Shown piece after piece: positions 58,775 to 64,000 of a stretch of DNA of 64,000 nucleotides; positions within the stretch are counted from its first letter, which is position 1; every line of letters starts with the position of its first letter. The DNA is taken from positions 4,512,001 through 4,576,000 of the forward strand of contig OZ242320.1 of NCBI GenBank assembly GCA_965208125.1, read 5' to 3'. Position numbers and translations under genes: made by a program. This DNA comes from Candidatus Latescibacterota bacterium (lineage in GTDB: Bacteria > Latescibacterota > UBA2968). The notes under the pieces were generated by a model, which worked only from the letters and a program-made list of their open reading frames with translations, was not told where the DNA came from and made no database searches.

Positions 58775-60571
58775 TCACCCAACTTGTCTGGTATCATCCA
58801 GGCCGAGGTATCGCCGGTACATCTCTGCGTACTCGCCCCCATTGCGAATCAGTTCTGTGTGTGTCCCTTGTTCGAGGATCTGACCGTCGCCGAGAACGAT
58901 GATCTGGTCGGCATTTGCCACTGTTGTGAGTCTGTGAGAGACTATGAATGTGGTGCGTCCTTCTGCTACGCGGTCCAGGCTTTGCAAAAATCGCTGTTCT
59001 GTGGCGCTGTCCAGGGATGATGTGGGTTCGTCGAGGATGAGAATTTTGGGATCGCGAACCATGGCGCGGGCAATTCCGATCCGCTGTTTCTGACCCCCTG
59101 AGATTCGCGTGCCTTCTCGAAGATCGGTGTCATATCCGTTGCGTTGGGATGAGGCAAATGCGTCTATGTCCGCCAGTTGGGCGGCTCTGACCACTTCATC
59201 GTCAGATGCATGGGGCTGACCGAACAGGATATTTTCTTTGATTGTTCCGTTGAACAAATGCGTTTCCTGTAAAACCAGACCAACCTGGTCCTGATAAGTG
59301 CTCGATTTCACTTCTCTGAGGTCCTGGCCATCTACTATTACTCTGCCCGAATCCGGGTCGTATAGCCTGAGAAGCAGATTCGCGACCGTGGTTTTGCCCG
59401 ATCCACTGTGTCCCACCAGGGCGATTTTTTGACCTGCCTGAACGGTGAAGCTCAGGTTGTGCAGGACCGGTGTGCCATCCTCGTAAGAAAAGGAGACATT
59501 GTCAAAGACGACATCGCCCCTGACAGGTGGCATTGCCGGTGCATTGGGACGGTCTGTAACAGCGGGAACCTGATCCAGTGTTTCGAGAATGCGCTCGGCG
59601 GGAACCATTGCAATGCGAACTTGCTGAAAATACCGAATCAGGACTTGAATGGGGTTGGACAGGCGATTCGTATAGGAAAAAATAGGGAAGACAGACCCAT
59701 AGGAGAGGTTGCCTAAAATAACTTCTCTGAGAAAGTATAGTCTTATCAGTCTATTTTTTAAATAGGGAAGCAGGCCGTTATTGCGCGCGAGTTCTCCTTC
59801 GATGACACGCATATAAAACAGGCGCATCGCGGCGCGATACCCTTCGATGGTGAGATTGACATATCGCTTTACTTCGTGCCTGCGCCGGCCAAATGTCTGT
59901 ACGACGGCTGCCCCGGCAACGCCTTCTTGAAGCCCGGCGTCGCGCGCCTGCCATCTCTCTCTTACGCGGCGATCGAATCTGCGCTGTATGGTCGCGATCT
60001 TCTGGGCGACCATTCCATAAGGGATCGAGTAAATCAGAATGACCAGCGAGACCCGCCAGTCCAACCAGGTGGTGAAGATGAGTATGAGTATGAACTCATA
60101 GACCGCACGCAATGTCGCTGGCAAGATGTCCGTAATCATGCGCATTACGGCCCCCGTATCTGCGCTGGCGCGATACATGTGCTCGCCAATACCACGACTC
60201 TCGTAGAAGGTCATGGAGAGACGCTGGAGGTGGGTGAAGAAGTGGGTTTTGAGGGCTAAGCTCACACGTAGATCTACGTAGTGATTGAGTATGGTCGTCA
60301 TGGTACCGACCAATCTCTGAATCAGAACAAGCACAACATAGGCGACAAAGATACTGTAGAACAGGTTCCAATCCTGATTTGGAAATGCATCATCGATGAG
60401 AAACTTGCTCAGCCACGGATTCACAACCCGAAACGTGCTGACGACAATCGTGCCCATTACGACGAGCAGCGCCTTATCCCAGACGGGAATCATCAACCTG
60501 AGAAAACGCAGAAAGACTCTTATGAGCGACTGTTTTGCTCCCTTGCGGGGAGGTGGAAAATAGTTGAACAT
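58775..60571 (-). CDS. ABC exporter, fused permease/ATPase
   Basis: TM domain, GHSGSGKT, ISGGQ, ILDEPTSSLD, SHR. Confidence 0.95.
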   Translation of the reverse strand: MFNYFPPPRKGAKQSLIRVFLRFLRLMIPVWDKALLVVMGTIVVSTFRVVNPWLSKFLIDDAFPNQDWNLFYSIFVAYVVLVLIQRLVGTMTTILNHYVDLRVSLALKTHFFTHLQRLSMTFYESRGIGEHMYRASADTGAVMRMITDILPATLRAVYEFILILIFTTWLDWRVSLVILIYSIPYGMVAQKIATIQRRFDRRVRERWQARDAGLQEGVAGAAVVQTFGRRRHEVKRYVNLTIEGYRAAMRLFYMRVIEGELARNNGLLPYLKNRLIRLYFLREVILGNLSYGSVFPIFSYTNRLSNPIQVLIRYFQQVRIAMVPAERILETLDQVPAVTDRPNAPAMPPVRGDVVFDNVSFSYEDGTPVLHNLSFTVQAGQKIALVGHSGSGKTTVANLLLRLYDPDSGRVIVDGQDLREVKSSTYQDQVGLVLQETHLFNGTIKENILFGQPHASDDEVVRAAQLADIDAFASSQRNGYDTDLREGTRISGGQKQRIGIARAMVRDPKILILDEPTSSLDSATEQRFLQSLDRVAEGRTTFIVSHRLTTVANADQIIVLGDGQILEQGTHTELIRNGGEYAEMYRRYLGLDDTRQVG

Positions 60572-60785
60572 TGTCCGGCCTTAGTCCTGTCCAAATACAG
60601 GCGTGGAGGCTGTTTTTCCGAAAGACACCAAACCGTTTAAATTAGGTGAATACAGGTTTGAATGTCAATTGGATTTTCGGGTTTGTGGGAGAACAGAAAA
60701 CAATTGCGTCTGGTAGAAAATCCACTTTTTTATACAGTAGTCTATATGTTGTGACACATTTATTACATCTGCAGGAGCCTGCTTC

Positions 60786-63236
60786 ATGTTTAATCTGATT
60801 GGAAATTACGTCAAAATTGCTATCAGGAATTTGATGCGCAACAAAGTGTATTCTGCGCTCAATATCCTCGGTTTGGGCATCGCCATGTCCTGCTGTCTTT
60901 TAATCGTGTTGTTTTTACAACGCGAACTGCAATACGATCACAGATATGAAAAGGGAGATCGCATCTACAAGGTCGTGCGAGAAATAAATATCCAGGGCGG
61001 GTCGCGCAATTTTTCTTGGGGTACGTCGGGATCTTTGGCCCCCGCGTTGCAACGCGATTTCCCCGAAGTGGAGTCAGCTGTTCGAATATGGCCCTGGAAT
61101 GTGAAGGTCGAACGCGAGAATATTTTGTTTCCCACACGGCTCAATCGCGTTGACAAACACGTATTTGACGTATTTGAAGCCGAATTTGTTCAGGGTAGCG
61201 CACAGACGGCTTTTGAAGACCCAACGAGTATTGTGATTACCGAGAGAATGGCGAATGTTATCTACGGCGAGGAAAACCCGATGGGCAGGGTGCTCACGGT
61301 TGTCAATTCGATCTTTGGCGGCGATTATATTGTACGGGGTGTATTGAAAGATCGCTTCGAGCCCACCACAATCTCGTTTAATATGTTCATATCGAGAGAT
61401 CCCAATGCCCAGTGGAGAAACAAATTGCACAGATGGGATCCGGCTGCGGGTTTTCGACCGGTACAAACCTATATTTTGCTTCAAGAAGGGGTTTCTCCTC
61501 AAACACTGGAACAAAAATTTCCAGATTTTATAAAGCGCTATATGGGCGCGGAAATCCAAAAATACAATGCGTATCATCTTCAACCTCTGCATCGGGTCTA
61601 TTTGCATTCGCGCGCAGATTACGACATCCAGAGCTTCGGCGATATCGATCAACTCTATACGATGTGTGTGATTGCCGCATTTATTCTGATCATTGCCTGC
61701 GTGAACTTTATGAATCTGGCGACAGCCCAATCAGTCCGGCGCGCAAGAGAGGTGGGCTTGCGGAAAGTAGTCGGTGCCAGTCGCGGTCAGTTGATCCAGC
61801 AATTTCTGGGAGAGTCCCTGATTGTCGCCTGTCTCGCGTCGTTGCTGGCACTTATTGTCGCGCACGCAGCACTGCCCGTGTTTAATGATTTGATTCAGCA
61901 AAATCTGGTATTAGACCTCAAGGCTTATATGACTTTGATCCCGGCGTTGATCGGCGTGGTACTGGTATCCGGGGTACTCGCCGGAGGTTATCCCGCCTTT
62001 GTTTTATCTGCCTGGCAACCGATTGATACATTGAAGAGCCAGGTTCAATCCAGATCGGGTGGTTCGTGGTTCTGGAAGGGGCTGGTGATATTCCAATTTT
62101 CAATTTCGATTTTTTTGATCGTGGGCACGCTGGTCGTGCGCAACCAGATCTCTTATATGCTGGATCGGGATCTGGGGGTTGATACAGAACACCTGGTCAT
62201 GTTGCCGATTTTTATTTCGAGCCGAGAGGCGCATTTCGTTCACGCCAACCGCCTGTCGTCGCGATACAGTACTGTGAAGCAGTCGTTTTTGAGGCATCCC
62301 AATGTCATTGGGGCAACCGCATCTCAGTATCGCGCCTTCCCCAGCGGGGGTGGCTCGCGGCGCAAGCCCATTCGGCCAGAGGATTTGCCGGGAGATGACT
62401 GGTGGATTCTGGTCAACGAGGTTGATCAGGATTTTGTAAAAACAATGGGTATTGAGCTGGTTACTGGCAAAAACTTCACCCCGGGCAAGGGCAATCCCCT
62501 CAGGGGATGGACGCGCGAATTTCTGATCAATGAGTCGGCAGCCAAATTATTTGGCTGGGATAATCCCATCGGCAAACAAATTCAGAAGCTGGATGGGGGC
62601 GGCGGTATGGGTACTGTTGTGGGCGTGTTTAAGGATTACCATTTTGATTCCTTAAAGGAAAAAATCGCGCCCCTCGCATTTGTCAAGTGGGCCAGGCTAT
62701 ATGCGTATTTAACGCTTAAAATAAAGGGCGGACAATTTGTAGAAACGATGGATTTTTTGGAAGAGGAATGGTATAAATTCGTGCCCAACGAAGAGTTTAA
62801 TCCCATTTTTATGGACGATGGATTTGCATCTGCGTACCGGAATGAACTTCGCCTGAGAAGAATTGCTGGCATTTCTTCGTTGCTGGCGATCGTGGTGTGT
62901 TGTTTGGGGCTGTTCGGTTTGGCCGCTATCTCTGCCCAACGGCGTACAAAGGAGATCGGGGTGCGCAAGGTGCTCGGTGCGTCTGGCGGACAAATTGTGA
63001 CGATGTTTTCAGCCGAATTTGTCAAACTGGTCGCGTTTGCCAGCCTCATTGCCTGGCCCCTGGCTTATTACATGCTCGATGACTGGTTAGCCGATTTTGC
63101 CTATCGCATTGGTCTGGATATCTCGGTATTTGTATTGAGCAGTGTACTGGCTATCGCCATTGCCCTGATTACAGTGAGTTACCAGGCCTGGAAAGCGGCG
63201 CAAACCAATCCGATTGAGGCGCTTAAGTACGAATAG
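60786..63236 (+). CDS. MacB/FtsX-family ABC permease (duplicated architecture)
   Basis: KIAIRNL.RNK, NFMNL, EVGLRKVVGA, RRTKEIGVRKVLGA, NP.EAL.YE. Confidence 0.93.
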   Translation: MFNLIGNYVKIAIRNLMRNKVYSALNILGLGIAMSCCLLIVLFLQRELQYDHRYEKGDRIYKVVREINIQGGSRNFSWGTSGSLAPALQRDFPEVESAVRIWPWNVKVERENILFPTRLNRVDKHVFDVFEAEFVQGSAQTAFEDPTSIVITERMANVIYGEENPMGRVLTVVNSIFGGDYIVRGVLKDRFEPTTISFNMFISRDPNAQWRNKLHRWDPAAGFRPVQTYILLQEGVSPQTLEQKFPDFIKRYMGAEIQKYNAYHLQPLHRVYLHSRADYDIQSFGDIDQLYTMCVIAAFILIIACVNFMNLATAQSVRRAREVGLRKVVGASRGQLIQQFLGESLIVACLASLLALIVAHAALPVFNDLIQQNLVLDLKAYMTLIPALIGVVLVSGVLAGGYPAFVLSAWQPIDTLKSQVQSRSGGSWFWKGLVIFQFSISIFLIVGTLVVRNQISYMLDRDLGVDTEHLVMLPIFISSREAHFVHANRLSSRYSTVKQSFLRHPNVIGATASQYRAFPSGGGSRRKPIRPEDLPGDDWWILVNEVDQDFVKTMGIELVTGKNFTPGKGNPLRGWTREFLINESAAKLFGWDNPIGKQIQKLDGGGGMGTVVGVFKDYHFDSLKEKIAPLAFVKWARLYAYLTLKIKGGQFVETMDFLEEEWYKFVPNEEFNPIFMDDGFASAYRNELRLRRIAGISSLLAIVVCCLGLFGLAAISAQRRTKEIGVRKVLGASGGQIVTMFSAEFVKLVAFASLIAWPLAYYMLDDWLADFAYRIGLDISVFVLSSVLAIAIALITVSYQAWKAAQTNPIEALKYE

Positions 63237-63244
63237 TTTTATCC

Positions 63245-64000
63245 TCAATCGGCTGCATCGACGTCTGTGCCCAACTGCATCTGCTCATCCCATATTCTGC
63301 GGTAGAGACCATTTGCTGCGAGCAAGTCGTCGTGTGTGCCATTTTCGACGATTCTGCCCTGATCCAAAACGTATATTCGGTCTGCGTTTTGAACTGTCAT
63401 GAGCCTGTGAGAAACCATCACGGTGGTTCGCCCCTCTGATACGTTCCAGATTGTGTCCATGACGTGTTCTTCCGATCGAGAATCCAGGTTTGAAGTCGCC
63501 TCATCCAGAATGAAAACCGCGGGGTCTCTGATCAGGGCGCGGGCAATGCCTATTCTTTGCTTTTGTCCGCCGGATAATCTCGTTCCCTCTCCAATATCTC
63601 TTTCAAATCCCTCCGGGTGGGCGATGACGGCATCGTAAAGCGCGGCCATACGGGCTGCTTCTTCTACGTCCGCATCCGAAGCCTTTAGATTTCCATACCG
63701 GATATTCTCGCGGACAGTTCCGGAAAATAAAAAGGTGTCTTGCAGCACAACGCCGAGTTGGTTGCGGTAGCTCAAGAGTAGGACGTCTTTCAGGTCGTGT
63801 CCATCTACGAGAACCGATCCAGTGGTGGGATCGTAAAGCCTCAAGATGAGGTATAGCATTGAGGTCTTGCCCGAGCCACTCGGGCCCACGAATGCGACGC
63901 GCTCTCCGGGACGGATTGTGATGTTGATATTTTCCAGCACGGGCTGTCCCGATTCGTATTCAAATCCCACATTTCTGAATTCGATTGTGCCGCTGAGGGA
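63245..64000 (-). CDS. ABC exporter ATPase domain, partial (5' part beyond window end)
   Basis: GPSGSGKT, LSGGQ, ILDEATSNLD, SHR; frame is open to the window edge. Confidence 0.93.
   Translation of the reverse strand, partial: SLSGTIEFRNVGFEYESGQPVLENINITIRPGERVAFVGPSGSGKTSMLYLILRLYDPTTGSVLVDGHDLKDVLLLSYRNQLGVVLQDTFLFSGTVRENIRYGNLKASDADVEEAARMAALYDAVIAHPEGFERDIGEGTRLSGGQKQRIGIARALIRDPAVFILDEATSNLDSRSEEHVMDTIWNVSEGRTTVMVSHRLMTVQNADRIYVLDQGRIVENGTHDDLLAANGLYRRIWDEQMQLGTDVDAAD

Overview
Gene-dense bacterial chromosomal window with no CRISPR array, integrase, transposase or prophage visible. The gene content (five PhyH-type Fe(II)/2-oxoglutarate oxygenases, three Cys-type sulfatases, five Gfo/Idh/MocA oxidoreductases, two DUF6785-like membrane proteins, an internalin-type LRR lipoprotein, a DUF4837-like lipoprotein and a DGGGP-synthase-like UbiA) suggests an FCB-group heterotroph, possibly Latescibacterota/Gemmatimonadota-like and of the kind common in marine sponges; this placement is inference only. 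Housekeeping genes: ligA, alr, sbcCD, an XPB helicase with its helicase-associated partner, glnS, proS and four tRNAs (Ala-GGC, Pro-TGG, Gln-TTG, Glu-TTC). Most notable observations: (1) two tandem PhyH-fold enzymes have HxG in place of the HxD iron motif plus a co-varying Glu near the distal His, so they are either halogenases or use a rewired facial triad, and they lie directly behind an atypical type I secretion-like ABC/HlyD module; (2) a DUF6883-DUF4926 toxin-antitoxin-like cassette is bracketed by a 33-bp direct repeat that is itself a sigma70 promoter; (3) a symmetric hairpin carries an SD plus ATG on both strands ahead of a DUF6785 gene; (4) glnS is bracketed by GTAG-type REPs, next to convergent cognate tRNA-Pro and tRNA-Gln genes. 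All family names come from motif recognition by eye; no database search was run.
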